A stretch of 64,000 nt of DNA. Origin: an uncultured Gammaproteobacteria bacterium. Its GTDB lineage: Bacteria; Patescibacteriota; Patescibacteriia; Magasanikbacterales; GWA2-37-8. Both the position numbers and the translations under genes were made by a program. Below, in pieces: positions 37,552-47,003 of this stretch; position 1 is the first letter of the stretch; each line of letters starts with the position of its first letter. The notes beneath the pieces are model-generated. The model saw nothing but the letters and a program-made list of their open reading frames with translations, searched no databases and was not told where the DNA came from. The stretch lies in assembly GCA_964465205.1 (NCBI GenBank), contig CAYXJO010000004.1:9671-73670 (forward strand), written 5' to 3'.

Positions 37552-37581
37552 AAACTCGTGTAAAATATATGGTATTAAAAC
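37552..37581. repeat. AT-rich inverted-repeat motif AAAATATATGGTAT-taaa-ACCATATATTTT, copy 2
   Basis: Same 12-bp arms as copy 1. Lies 27 nt upstream of the tkt start. Confidence 0.5.
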
Positions 37582-37607
37582 CATATATTTTGTTTTAACC
37601 GGCCAAT

Positions 37608-39809
37608 ATGACGGCCAAAATTATGCCAAAAATAAATTTATCTCAATACGAAAAAAAAGTTGACGGTGCGGTATATACGGATTTGCGTGGAGCAAAACTA
37701 CCGTTATTGGCCGGTGTGGATTTGTCAAAGATGGAAAAATTAGCCCGAATGTTGCGTGCTTTAATTTTTGCTCAAGTAGAAGCCGCCCAAAGTGGCCATC
37801 CGGGTAGTGCCGGCAAGGTAGAACAATTTTTGGCTTTGGTGCTTGGTGGAAATTTGGCATTTGACGGCATTGACCCCAAAAATCCCGGCCGCGATCGATT
37901 GGTGTGGAGCGCTGGGCATTCGTCACCATTACTTTATGCCGGTTTGTCGATCATTTATGAATCTATGCGCCGTGCCGGACGACAATTTATGCCTGAAGAA
38001 ATGCACGCAATCTTGCCAGAGGACCTGATAAATTTCCGTCGTCCCAATGGTCCGCAGGGGCATATTGAAAATTATTATCCATTGTCAGATTATGCTACTG
38101 GTCCGAGTGGTCACGGACTGTCGGCGGCGGTGGGAATTGCAACCACGCATCATTCATGCGGATTGCCTACACGCGTTTGGACTATTATGGGAGATGCCGA
38201 ATCGGAAGAGGGTATGAGTTATGAAGCGCGTAATTTGGCGGTGGCACTGGGGTTAGATAATTTAGTTGTTTGTTTGGATTATAATCATTTTGGTATTGAC
38301 GGGCCGATTGAAGAGGTGGCGTCTTCGCCGTATCTCAATCATTGGTTGGGTTTGGGCTGGAATGTTGTTGAGGTGGATGGTCATGATTTTGCGCAATTAC
38401 TTGCGGCGTACGCGGTCGCCGGACGTGGATTTTACAATCATCGACCGACTGTAGTAATTGCACATACCCTCAAAGGGAAGGGTTACGGCACAGTCGAGGG
38501 TACGGAGAAGGCGCATGGCACACCGGCCGCTCATGAAGATTATATAAAAATTATTAAAAAATTAGGTTTTGATATTGTAGGGGCGCCGGGCAAGGTGATG
38601 TCCGATATTGAAAAAGTTTTTGAACAAATGAACTTAGCCGATGAACAATATATTAGCGCGCGGTTGGAAGCGGCTAAGGAAAAAATCAAACCGGAAAGCG
38701 AATTGGTAGCGGAAATGAAAAAGAAATTGGACGGTCGGCCGTTGAAAGATCCGCGTAAAATTACACGACCAAAAAAATTGCCGGCAGAATTAGTTTTCAA
38801 AGCTGGCGAAAAAGTGTCTTTACGCAAAGCGGTGAGTGCGTGGTGCGAGTGGTATATGAAACAAACGGCGTTTTTTTATACTGGAGCAGGGGATTTGAGC
38901 AAATCGGTTTTGACCGGTGCGGCAGAAAAGGTGTATGGAGTGCTGTCGCCCGAGAATTATTTTGGCCGCGGCATAAGATATGGTATTGCCGAAGCTAATA
39001 TGGGTATGGTGGGCGCGGCGATTTCACAAGATATTTTACCGGGTGGATTTAGGCCGGTATCTCTCTTCGGTACTTACGCTGTTTTTACCGCCATGATGGG
39101 CAATGCCTTGCGTCTCGCCGTGATAAACAACCATCTCAATCCAAGTGCGGCCGGATTTTTTGTAGCTTTGGCATCTCACGATGGTTTGGATACTGGTGAG
39201 GATGGTCCGACACACCAAGGGCTTTATTGGATGAGTTATTTTGATGCGTTGCCCGGTATAAAAGTGTACAAACCTTTTGATGCCAATGAAGTGATAGAAA
39301 TGTTGTTTGGGGCTTTGGAGCGCGGTGAGCCTATTGTGTTAGCTGTACCGCGCAATGATATGCTGGTGTTGAAGCGTAGTGATGTACCGGATGCGCGTGC
39401 GGCACTTGATGGCGCATATGTATACAAAAATTATTCAAACAGTCGTAAGCCAAAGAAATGTTTGGTGGTGTCGGGTCCGCAAATGTTGCAAAACATTTTG
39501 ACGGTGTTGCCGGATTTGGAGAAAAAAATAAACATAAAAATTGTTTGCGTTACCGCGCCGGAGTTGTTTGAAGATTTGCGTGTGCGCGATCCACACAAAG
39601 TGAAAAAAATATTTAATGACAAAGACAGGGAAGTAGCGGTGACTTTACATGGCGGGTGGACAGGGTGGTTGGATAGGTTTTTATTGCCATCAGATGAGCT
39701 AGGTCGGCGAATTGCCACGGATGGTTATTATAAATCCGGGCGGGCGAGCGAAGTGTATGAATTGGCCGGGTTGGGGCCGGATGGGATTGCGAAGAAAATT
39801 TTGGAATAA
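37608..39809 (+). CDS. tkt: Transketolase (single-chain, 733 aa)
   Basis: ThDP motifs GHPGSAG and MGDAESEEGMSYEA. Pyrimidine-binding motif SHDGLDTGEDGPTHQG. Confidence 0.85.
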   Translation: MTAKIMPKINLSQYEKKVDGAVYTDLRGAKLPLLAGVDLSKMEKLARMLRALIFAQVEAAQSGHPGSAGKVEQFLALVLGGNLAFDGIDPKNPGRDRLVWSAGHSSPLLYAGLSIIYESMRRAGRQFMPEEMHAILPEDLINFRRPNGPQGHIENYYPLSDYATGPSGHGLSAAVGIATTHHSCGLPTRVWTIMGDAESEEGMSYEARNLAVALGLDNLVVCLDYNHFGIDGPIEEVASSPYLNHWLGLGWNVVEVDGHDFAQLLAAYAVAGRGFYNHRPTVVIAHTLKGKGYGTVEGTEKAHGTPAAHEDYIKIIKKLGFDIVGAPGKVMSDIEKVFEQMNLADEQYISARLEAAKEKIKPESELVAEMKKKLDGRPLKDPRKITRPKKLPAELVFKAGEKVSLRKAVSAWCEWYMKQTAFFYTGAGDLSKSVLTGAAEKVYGVLSPENYFGRGIRYGIAEANMGMVGAAISQDILPGGFRPVSLFGTYAVFTAMMGNALRLAVINNHLNPSAAGFFVALASHDGLDTGEDGPTHQGLYWMSYFDALPGIKVYKPFDANEVIEMLFGALERGEPIVLAVPRNDMLVLKRSDVPDARAALDGAYVYKNYSNSRKPKKCLVVSGPQMLQNILTVLPDLEKKINIKIVCVTAPELFEDLRVRDPHKVKKIFNDKDREVAVTLHGGWTGWLDRFLLPSDELGRRIATDGYYKSGRASEVYELAGLGPDGIAKKILE

Positions 39810-39812
39810 AAA

Positions 39813-39845
39813 GACGGCCCCGAGAGGGGCCGTTGGTGTTTATAG
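39813..39845 (+). terminator. Intrinsic terminator after tkt
   Basis: Hairpin ACGGCCCC-GAGA-GGGGCCGT followed by a T-rich tail. Confidence 0.5.
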
Positions 39846-39860
39846 AGGGGGTTACGCCAC

Positions 39861-40214
39861 TTATTTGGGGCGTAGGTTGGAAAACCCGCACTTTTCCAGA
39901 TCGAATGGATAGACGAAGCATTCGACCAGGGCGAGTGGAAAGTATTTTGTAATAACTTGCACAATGCTGTGTGCAAGGTCCTGCTGAACTTGGTAGGTGC
40001 GTTCAGGTGTTGCGAATAGCCCAACCACTTCCACAATGACCTCCTCGCCAAGACCGTGCGTCATTAGGTCGCTGGGAAAAAACACGGTGACGCTGTTAGA
40101 TGCGACTTTAAGCGCTTTCGCAGACGCCACGACATGTCGAATTTCATTACAGAGATACTCAAGTGTATCTTGTGGTGTGTTGGTTGGCACGCCCCACACT
40201 TTGATGATCGGCAT
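39861..40214 (-). CDS. Tautomerase-superfamily-like protein (N-terminal Pro-1: MPIIKV...), 117 aa, in a GC-rich islet
   Basis: Begins M-P-I-I-K-V-W-G as in 4-OT/MIF family enzymes. Has an AGGAAACGAAT RBS region. GC is about 50% in contrast to the neighbouring genes. Confidence 0.4.
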   Translation of the reverse strand: MPIIKVWGVPTNTPQDTLEYLCNEIRHVVASAKALKVASNSVTVFFPSDLMTHGLGEEVIVEVVGLFATPERTYQVQQDLAHSIVQVITKYFPLALVECFVYPFDLEKCGFSNLRPK

Positions 40215-40345
40215 ATTCGTTTCCTTTCCCGCCTACTGGGCGGAGTTGCTGTTAGCCTTGATCACGTACGGTTTATCACCCAATAACTCAGTGAAAAGCC
40301 CCATTTCCTCGTCCACGATTCCATGGTAATTTTCCGGTCCGTCCA

Positions 40346-40510
40346 GCTAGAGAAGATCGATTTTTTGACCGTCATACTCGGTTGTTACCGCCGTCAGGCC
40401 CTCCTCGTGATCGTAAACTCTTTCGGAGGTCACCGTCCACGGTTCGTCGCAGTCGTCGATCAGTTGGTCTCCTTTTTTTAGTTGCATGAAATCTTCGCGC
40501 GTGATCATCT
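40346..40510 (-). CDS. Unannotated small acidic protein (54 aa) with a strong GGAGG RBS, upstream of and co-oriented with the tautomerase-like gene
   Basis: Translation MITREDFMQLKKGDQLIDDCDEPWTVTSERVYDHEEGLTAVTTEYDGQKIDLL. RBS GGGAGGTAAAAG-ATG. GC-rich codons. Confidence 0.4.
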
Positions 40511-40555
40511 TTTACCTCCCGGCCTTCTGGCCTGTTTGGGTTTTTAACACCAGTA

Positions 40556-40636
40556 AAAAGAGCCAAAGAACAATTTACATTAGCATAAATTCGCCCATTT
40601 GTCAACCCCCAAAAAATCCTGTAAAATACCTCTGTT
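40556..40636 (+). promoter_or_regulatory. Consensus sigma70 promoter cassette A (upstream block, -35 TTGTCA 40599-40604, 17-nt spacer, extended -10 TGTAAAAT 40620-40627), driving the P-type ATPase
   Basis: Near-identical about 80-bp blocks occur at 43830-43912 and 47290-47365. Confidence 0.6.
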
Positions 40637-40659
40637 TTTCAAACTATATTTTTTGTGTT

Positions 40660-43152
40660 ATGCCAACAATCACTGATCTCAAAATTTCGCAAATCGCGAA
40701 CTATGTCGGCCTCAATAGTGCCGACGCGCAACTGGCTCAGAAACAATATGGTCTCAACCTACGCCCTGTGGCCAAACGCAAGACGTGGCTTCATCGTCTT
40801 TGGGACATCTTCACGGAGCCGATGATGTTTTTGATTCTTGCGACTGGAGTTTTGTATTTCTTTTTTCACGATTGGGTAGAAGCGGTGATAATTTTGGCAT
40901 CAATTATCCCTATTGGCCTCATTGAATTTATCCAAGAGGGGCGTACTGATAAAGCGATTGAAGTACTCGATAAGTTCATGGTGCAGTATGTGCTAGTCTA
41001 TCGTGATGGCAAACTGCAAAAAATGGAAAGTAAATATCTCGTGCCGGGGGATGTGGTGCATTTGACCGCAGGTGACAAAATTCCGGCCGATGGCGTGCTT
41101 ATTAATTCTCCGGGGCTCACGGTAGATGAGTCGATTTTGACTGGGGAATCCGTCACTGTGGTCAAAGCGCAGCTGGTGAATCACGATGAAATTAAAGACG
41201 AAAATATTTTGTATCAAGGTACCATGATCGCACAGGGCGAGGGTCAACAATTGGTTCTGGATACCGGCGTGAATACCAAATATGGCAAGTTGGGCGCCTT
41301 ACTTGAAAGTATCGAGGGCCAAAAAACCCCATTGCAGAAAAAAATTCATAAATTGGTAAATGGTGTAGCAGTGGTCGCGTTTATTACAGCTGTTCTTACT
41401 ACAGTGCTTGTGGGTTGGTCGCGAGGTGTGATGGAGGGTGTGTTAGCTGGGCTCACGATGGCTATGTCGCTTATCCCCGAAGAATTTCCAGTGGTATTTT
41501 CCGTGTTTCTCATTTTGGGTGTATTGCGTCTAGCCAAAGAAAAAGCACTGACACGGAAAATGGTTATGGTTGAGACTTTGGGGAGTGCTACGGTCATTTG
41601 TACGGATAAAACCGGCACCTTGACCGAGGGGAGCATGTCTTTAGAGCAGATATATTTTAGCGGAAAAATTTTTGATGTAAAAAAAACTACAATAATTAAA
41701 AATGAATTTTCCGATTTGATTACCGCGTCACTACTCGCTTTGGAACGAGTTGCGGTGGATCCAATCGAGGTCGAAATGCAAGATTTTGCCCGTGTTCAAG
41801 GATTAAATCCGGAGGAATTTTATTCGGGTTATACTCTCAAACACGATGCGCCCTTTGATGCCAAAACGAAAATGGTGCATCATATTTGGCAAAATAATGA
41901 TACGAAAAAATGCGCGCAATACAGCGTGGGCGCGCCCGAATCGGTGTTCGGGTGTTGTGAATTTATCGGAAATGGTCGGGCTGAGGTTTTAGCCATAAAC
42001 GACAAACTAGCAGGTGATGGTTATCGTGTAATTGCGGTAGCGCAAAAAGAAACCGATTGCAGTGATCGAGTAGAATTATCCGGCTTGCGTTTCGTGGGGC
42101 TACTCGTGATGCGCGATCCGGTGCGCGCGGGAGTAAAAGATGCGATTCGCGTGTGCCAAGAAGCGGGGATACGGGTAGTGATGATTACTGGTGATAACAA
42201 GCTTACCGCACATAATGTCGCCGAGAGTTTGGGCATGAAACATAATGAAGAAATGATTAGCGGTGATGAATTTGCCGAATTAACCACTGAAGGAATTTTA
42301 AAAATTGTAAAATCACATGATATTTTCGCACGTATCCGTCCGGAACAGAAATTTATGATTGTGGAAGCACTCCAAAAACAGGGTGAGGTAGTAGCGATGA
42401 CTGGTGATGGGGTCAACGATGCGCCAGCGCTGAAAAAAGCGGATATTGGCATTGCGATGGGTAGTCGCGGTACCGAGGTGGCACGCGCCGCTGCGGGCAT
42501 GGTACTACTTGATGATAATTTTTCTACGATTGTGGACGCGGTCAAGGAAGGTCGTCGAATTTATGATAATATGCGCAAGGCGTTTATGTTTTTGTTTTCA
42601 TTTCATTTGCCGATTATCGGTCTCGCGGTGGTGCCGCTGTTATTTAATCAGCCAATGATTTTTATGCCTATCCATATAATTTTTTTGGAATTGATTTGTG
42701 ATCCGGCGTCGGTACTCGGTTTTGAGCGTGACCATGCGCGCCTTGGGTTGCTTCAAGAACCGCCTAGGCCGGTGAGTGAACCACTTATAAATCCGAAATT
42801 ATGGTGGCAGATTATCGTGCAGGGTGTGGCGATTCTTGCGGTATCACTCGGATTTTATTATTACGGCGTGCGATTGGGTGGTGCAGAGCTCGGCCGTACG
42901 CTCGCGTTTTCCGCGCTCGTGGTATCACAGGTGGCGCTTATACTCCTCACGCGTGAGTGGGTGCAGGTGAAAAGTAATTTCTTATTGTTGTTTATAGCCG
43001 TAGCCACATTGGTCGCTTTGGTGGCACTTCTTACTGTACCGTTCGCGCGCGGGATTTTTCATTTTGCGCCGATCAGTTGGGCGCTCGTGGATAGCGTTAT
43101 TCTGATTCCGTTTGCGGTGATGGGGGCGGTGAGTTTGGTGGTGAGGAAATAA
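40660..43152 (+). CDS. P-type cation-transporting ATPase (E1-E2; Ca2+/Mg2+-type)
   Basis: DKTGTLTEG phosphorylation motif. MTGDGVNDAPALKKADIGIAMG hinge motif. PEEFP in TM4. TGES actuator motif. The start was reset to the ATG at 40660 downstream of the promoter cassette. Confidence 0.85.
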   Translation: MPTITDLKISQIANYVGLNSADAQLAQKQYGLNLRPVAKRKTWLHRLWDIFTEPMMFLILATGVLYFFFHDWVEAVIILASIIPIGLIEFIQEGRTDKAIEVLDKFMVQYVLVYRDGKLQKMESKYLVPGDVVHLTAGDKIPADGVLINSPGLTVDESILTGESVTVVKAQLVNHDEIKDENILYQGTMIAQGEGQQLVLDTGVNTKYGKLGALLESIEGQKTPLQKKIHKLVNGVAVVAFITAVLTTVLVGWSRGVMEGVLAGLTMAMSLIPEEFPVVFSVFLILGVLRLAKEKALTRKMVMVETLGSATVICTDKTGTLTEGSMSLEQIYFSGKIFDVKKTTIIKNEFSDLITASLLALERVAVDPIEVEMQDFARVQGLNPEEFYSGYTLKHDAPFDAKTKMVHHIWQNNDTKKCAQYSVGAPESVFGCCEFIGNGRAEVLAINDKLAGDGYRVIAVAQKETDCSDRVELSGLRFVGLLVMRDPVRAGVKDAIRVCQEAGIRVVMITGDNKLTAHNVAESLGMKHNEEMISGDEFAELTTEGILKIVKSHDIFARIRPEQKFMIVEALQKQGEVVAMTGDGVNDAPALKKADIGIAMGSRGTEVARAAAGMVLLDDNFSTIVDAVKEGRRIYDNMRKAFMFLFSFHLPIIGLAVVPLLFNQPMIFMPIHIIFLELICDPASVLGFERDHARLGLLQEPPRPVSEPLINPKLWWQIIVQGVAILAVSLGFYYYGVRLGGAELGRTLAFSALVVSQVALILLTREWVQVKSNFLLLFIAVATLVALVALLTVPFARGIFHFAPISWALVDSVILIPFAVMGAVSLVVRK

Positions 43153-43155
43153 CAA

Positions 43156-43200
43156 AAATATACTGTGCGCTGAAAGTATATTTTGTTATTTATCATTTTA
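43156..43200 (+). terminator. AT-rich hairpin terminator after the ATPase gene
   Basis: AAAATATACT...AGTATATTTT 10-bp stem followed by a T-rich tail. Confidence 0.4.
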
Positions 43201-43213
43201 TGAATAAAAAAAA

Positions 43214-43235
43214 GAGCAGGGGAAGGCCCCTGCTC
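43214..43235 (-). terminator. Intrinsic terminator of the minus-strand Cys-rich gene
   Basis: 9-bp stem GAGCAGGGG/CCCCTGCTC. The T-run on the minus strand appears as the A-run at 43205-43213 on the plus strand. Confidence 0.55.
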
Positions 43236-43252
43236 GCGGTGAGTGATAGTGT

Positions 43253-43765
43253 TTATTGTGGGCGTGCCACTTTGTGCATATACACACCGGATACGGATTG
43301 CTTTACTTCGTACCAATCTTTGGCGAGGCGTTCCTCGCAGGTGCATCGGTACGGTCCGCATCGATTCGATTTGGCAGCCACCTCAAACCGGTTGCAACAC
43401 CACGCGTCGTTCGGCGTGATGGTGCATTGAATATCGCCGAAGACAAATTCATACAGTTCATCGTTCATTCCGCCGCGGTTCATTTCAAAATCCCCACGTC
43501 GGTGACGCCACTGGCCAGTCATTTCGCAGTTCTCTGCCGAAACTCCGCCGACACAGCCGACAAAATTGACGGTCAGACTTCCGTCCAGATCCATGAGGAT
43601 GGCGAGGGTGGAACCAGATGTGGGTTTTGAGACTTCGACTTCGGTTGGTTCATCAAACGGTTTGGGTCCGTCGAGTAAATTGTTGATCGTGAATGCGATC
43701 ATCAACACGACACACAATCCCAAACCCAAACCTAAGTATGCCTTTTTCCAGAAATTTTTATCCAC
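43253..43765 (-). CDS. Membrane-anchored secreted Cys-rich protein (170 aa) in a GC-rich islet
   Basis: GTG start with a GAGGAGGG RBS. TM/signal anchor LGLGLCVVLMIAFTI. 10 Cys in the ectodomain, including a CC pair. Confidence 0.55.
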   Translation of the reverse strand: MDKNFWKKAYLGLGLGLCVVLMIAFTINNLLDGPKPFDEPTEVEVSKPTSGSTLAILMDLDGSLTVNFVGCVGGVSAENCEMTGQWRHRRGDFEMNRGGMNDELYEFVFGDIQCTITPNDAWCCNRFEVAAKSNRCGPYRCTCEERLAKDWYEVKQSVSGVYMHKVARPQ

Positions 43766-43829
43766 TTGTCCCTCCTCGGCCTCCCGGCCTGTTATTGGTT
43801 AGGCTCTGTTTTGTTGTTTTCACCTCATG

Positions 43830-43912
43830 AAAAGAGCACAAAGAACAATTTACAATAGCACAAATCCGCCCATTTGTCAATACCCCCGAAAAGGTGTAAA
43901 ATATACCTGTTT
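43830..43912 (+). promoter_or_regulatory. Consensus sigma70 promoter cassette B (-35 TTGTCA 43874-43879, extended -10 TGTAAAAT 43895-43902), driving gpsA
   Basis: Same block as cassette A, with a 17-nt spacer. Confidence 0.6.
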
Positions 43913-43935
43913 TTAGTATCTAAACGTATAAAAAT

Positions 43936-44940
43936 ATGCCAAGAAAAATCTCGGTGGCCGTGCTCGGCGCCGGTAATATGGGTACCGCACTCGCTTCTGT
44001 AATCGGCAAAAATGGCCACAAAGTAAATATTTGGAATCATGAGGGCGACCCGGAGCCACTCGCACAAATAAACGAGACGCACGAAAATAAAAAGTATCTA
44101 GCTGGTATTGCATTGTCTCCAAATATTCACGCTGAATCTAGCTTGGAACAAGCAGTCCAAGGCGCGCAGGTGATTGTTTTTTGTGTCCCTAGCAATTTTA
44201 TGGCCGCGCTTGTGGAGCGAACAGTACAGTATTTACCTTGTGGAGTTGTGTGCGTGGACGCGTCCAAAGGTCTCGACGAAAAATCTTTGTTCCTCGTGCC
44301 GGATATTATCGCCGATAAAATTCCCGAATGTATCGGCAAAAGTGTGGCGAGTATTTCTGGACCAGCCATCGCACGCGACATGGCTGAAGGGAAATTCACC
44401 GCCATGAATGTGGCAAGCAAAGACACGAAAGCGATCAAAATTGTCCGCAAAATTTTTGAAAATGAAAATCTCAAATTAGTGCCGACCAAAGACGTGATTG
44501 GGGTAGAACTCGCCGGTTCGTTTAAAAATGTGTATGCTATAGCGATGGGAATTTGCGACGGCCTCGAATACCCCATGAACACCAAAGCGGCGCTACTCGT
44601 GATGGCGCTCAAAGAAGTCGGAGTGCTCATCAAAAAAATGGGTGGAAAAGCACACACAGTATATGATCTTGCCGGTCTTGGCGATCTCGCCGCTACTGGA
44701 CTCTGCGCCATTTCGCGCAATCGCCGTTTCGGAGAATTTTTAGCCAAAGGGATTGGTCGTGACGAAGCAATCAAACAGGTGGGGCAGGTGGTGGAGGGTG
44801 CGGGTGCTAGCAAAGTCCTCAAAACCCTCGCCGAAAAACATAATGTCAAAATGCCATTCGCGGATTTTGTGTATGAAGTTGTTTGGGAAGATAAAAACGC
44901 GAGCGAGATGATAAAAAAACTTTTGGCCGATTATGCGTAG
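43936..44940 (+). CDS. gpsA: NAD(P)H-dependent glycerol-3-phosphate dehydrogenase
   Basis: Rossmann motif KISVAVLGAGNMGTALA and the GpsA C-terminal domain. 334 aa. Confidence 0.85.
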   Translation: MPRKISVAVLGAGNMGTALASVIGKNGHKVNIWNHEGDPEPLAQINETHENKKYLAGIALSPNIHAESSLEQAVQGAQVIVFCVPSNFMAALVERTVQYLPCGVVCVDASKGLDEKSLFLVPDIIADKIPECIGKSVASISGPAIARDMAEGKFTAMNVASKDTKAIKIVRKIFENENLKLVPTKDVIGVELAGSFKNVYAIAMGICDGLEYPMNTKAALLVMALKEVGVLIKKMGGKAHTVYDLAGLGDLAATGLCAISRNRRFGEFLAKGIGRDEAIKQVGQVVEGAGASKVLKTLAEKHNVKMPFADFVYEVVWEDKNASEMIKKLLADYA

Positions 44941-46651
44941 TATCGAAGACAAAGAAATACGTTGGTTGTCGATAGTCTTTTTATTTATTTCGATTATCAT
45001 TATCGTGCGTCTTTTTATTTTACAAGTAAAAGAGCATGCCTACTACGAAGCGTTTGCTACGGGAACACACGAAATTTATCAGCAACTTTATCCGGTACGA
45101 GGCGCCATCTATTTTCAAGATACACGTACCCACGATGAATTTCCGGTGGCGGTAAATAAAGATTTTTATTTGATTTATGCCGTGCCCAAAGAAATTAAAT
45201 CATCCGATATAGTATCTACCACCGATAAATTGGCCGCTATTTTGGGTGTTGATGATAATATTAAAAAAGAAATATTTGAAAAATTGAGCAAACCAAATGA
45301 CGTATATGAACCAATAGCCAAGAAACAGCCAGAAAGCGTGGTGGCGGCTATAAAAGATCAAAAACTTGGTGGTATTTATGCTACCACTCAAGTCTATCGT
45401 TATTATCCGGAATTAGAATTGGCTGGAAATATTTTGGGTTTTACCGGTTTTGATGATAATGGCGGTTTGATAGGTAGTTATGGTATCGAAGGTTATTGGA
45501 ACAAGATTTTGGCCGGTCGGGGTGGGTTTATGGCCGGTGAACGTGGTGCCAAGGGTGGTTGGATTGCTTTGGCTGGTCGCAGTCTTACCCCGGCAGAAGA
45601 TGGTGCGGATTTGGTTTTGACTATTGATCGAGCGATAGAAAATAAAGCCTGCGAACGATTAAAAGCCGGCATGGAAGAATTCAAAGCTAAAAGTGCGGCC
45701 TTAACCATGATTGATCCCAAAACCGGAGCTATCGTAGCAATGTGCAGTTATCCGAATTTTGATCCTAATAATTATTCCAAAGTAGAGGACGAAAAATCTT
45801 TTAATAATACGAATATTTTTACTCCGTATGAACCGGGTTCAGTATTCAAATCAATTACCATGTCGATGGCTTTGGATTTGGGGCTCGTTAATCAAGACAC
45901 TACCTTTATCGACCCATGTCAGCGTAAAATTGCTGGCTATACTATCAAAAATGCGCTGGATAAATGTTATGGCACTGCTACTATGACCAATGTTTTGGAA
46001 AATTCGATAAATACTGGCATGATTTGGGTAGAAGAAAAAATCGGGCAAGAGAGATTCCGTGATTATATAAATAAATTTGGTTTTGGAGAAAAACTCGGCG
46101 TGACTATGAATACTGAAGCTAGAGGTAATATTGAACAGCTTGCTAGAAAAAGACCGATTGATTATGCCACTGCTTCGTTTGGGCAAGGTATTACCGTCAC
46201 TCCGCTGCAATTGGCTATGGCCTATAGCGCCCTCGCCAATGGTGGCCGTATGTATAAACCTTATGTGGTTTCCGAAATCCGTTATCCCAATGGCAAAAAA
46301 GAGAAAACTGAACCGGAATTGGTAGACAACATTGTTTCCGAACGCACCAGCAAAATTATTACCGGCATGCTTACCTCGGTAGTGGAGAACACTTATAAAA
46401 ATAGCGTAAAAATGAAAGATTATTATATTGCCGGCAAAACTGGTACGGCGCAAATTCCTGGGCCGGGTGGATATACCGACGAAACCAATCACACTTTTTG
46501 TGGATATTTTCCGGCACAAAATCCCAGGTGGGTGATGGTAGTGAAATATGAAGCCCCAGAACGCCAATGGGCCGAGAGTACGGCGGCGGTAGTTTTCAAA
46601 GATGTGGCGGATTTTGTGTTGGATTATTACGCGGTAGCTAAAGAGAGATAA
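44933..46651 (+). CDS. Class-B penicillin-binding protein (PBP2/FtsI-like transpeptidase)
   Basis: N-terminal membrane anchor. SxxK (GSVFKS), SxN (ENSINT) and KTG (GKTGTAQ) motifs. Confidence 0.85.
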   Translation: MRSIEDKEIRWLSIVFLFISIIIIVRLFILQVKEHAYYEAFATGTHEIYQQLYPVRGAIYFQDTRTHDEFPVAVNKDFYLIYAVPKEIKSSDIVSTTDKLAAILGVDDNIKKEIFEKLSKPNDVYEPIAKKQPESVVAAIKDQKLGGIYATTQVYRYYPELELAGNILGFTGFDDNGGLIGSYGIEGYWNKILAGRGGFMAGERGAKGGWIALAGRSLTPAEDGADLVLTIDRAIENKACERLKAGMEEFKAKSAALTMIDPKTGAIVAMCSYPNFDPNNYSKVEDEKSFNNTNIFTPYEPGSVFKSITMSMALDLGLVNQDTTFIDPCQRKIAGYTIKNALDKCYGTATMTNVLENSINTGMIWVEEKIGQERFRDYINKFGFGEKLGVTMNTEARGNIEQLARKRPIDYATASFGQGITVTPLQLAMAYSALANGGRMYKPYVVSEIRYPNGKKEKTEPELVDNIVSERTSKIITGMLTSVVENTYKNSVKMKDYYIAGKTGTAQIPGPGGYTDETNHTFCGYFPAQNPRWVMVVKYEAPERQWAESTAAVVFKDVADFVLDYYAVAKER

Positions 46652-46656
46652 AAAAA

Positions 46657-46674
46657 GAGCGGGGGAACCCGCTC
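46657..46674 (-). terminator. Hairpin terminator for the minus-strand small membrane genes (partly bidirectional)
   Basis: GAGCGGG-GGAA-CCCGCTC, with an A-run at 46651-46656 on the plus strand. Confidence 0.5.
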
Positions 46675-46697
46675 AAAATCGGTTGCGTTGTCCGTGG

Positions 46698-47000
46698 TTA
46701 ACCGCCAATGATCCATGCGCCGATGCTGACGCCGAAAATCATTGCGATACCAACGAAGACCAGTGGCAGCATCGCTGGCATATCATTTAACCAGCCCCGA
46801 TATTCCGTGTTTTGTTTGATGTGGCCGAACAGGCCTACCCATGCGGTAATTGCACCTGTAACCACACCGATCCCCGCCGAAAAGTTCGTTGGGAGTCCGG
46901 AGTATATGACGAAGCATGCTATTGTAACCGCTCCTACCACACCGATTGTGATCCATGACCACAGCGGCTTCTGGTCAATCATTTTAAACAGGTAGTTCAT
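46698..47000 (-). CDS. Small 3-TM membrane protein (100 aa), GC-rich islet
   Basis: Hydrophobic helices. Codons GC-richer than the flanks. Confidence 0.5.
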   Translation of the reverse strand: MNYLFKMIDQKPLWSWITIGVVGAVTIACFVIYSGLPTNFSAGIGVVTGAITAWVGLFGHIKQNTEYRGWLNDMPAMLPLVFVGIAMIFGVSIGAWIIGG

Positions 47001-47003
47001 GTT

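Noticed and set aside
37608-39809. Transketolase length (733 aa versus a typical ~665 aa) as a possible gene fusion
   Set aside because: The extra residues form an N-terminal extension and internal loops, with TK motifs in normal order. There is no evidence of a second domain.
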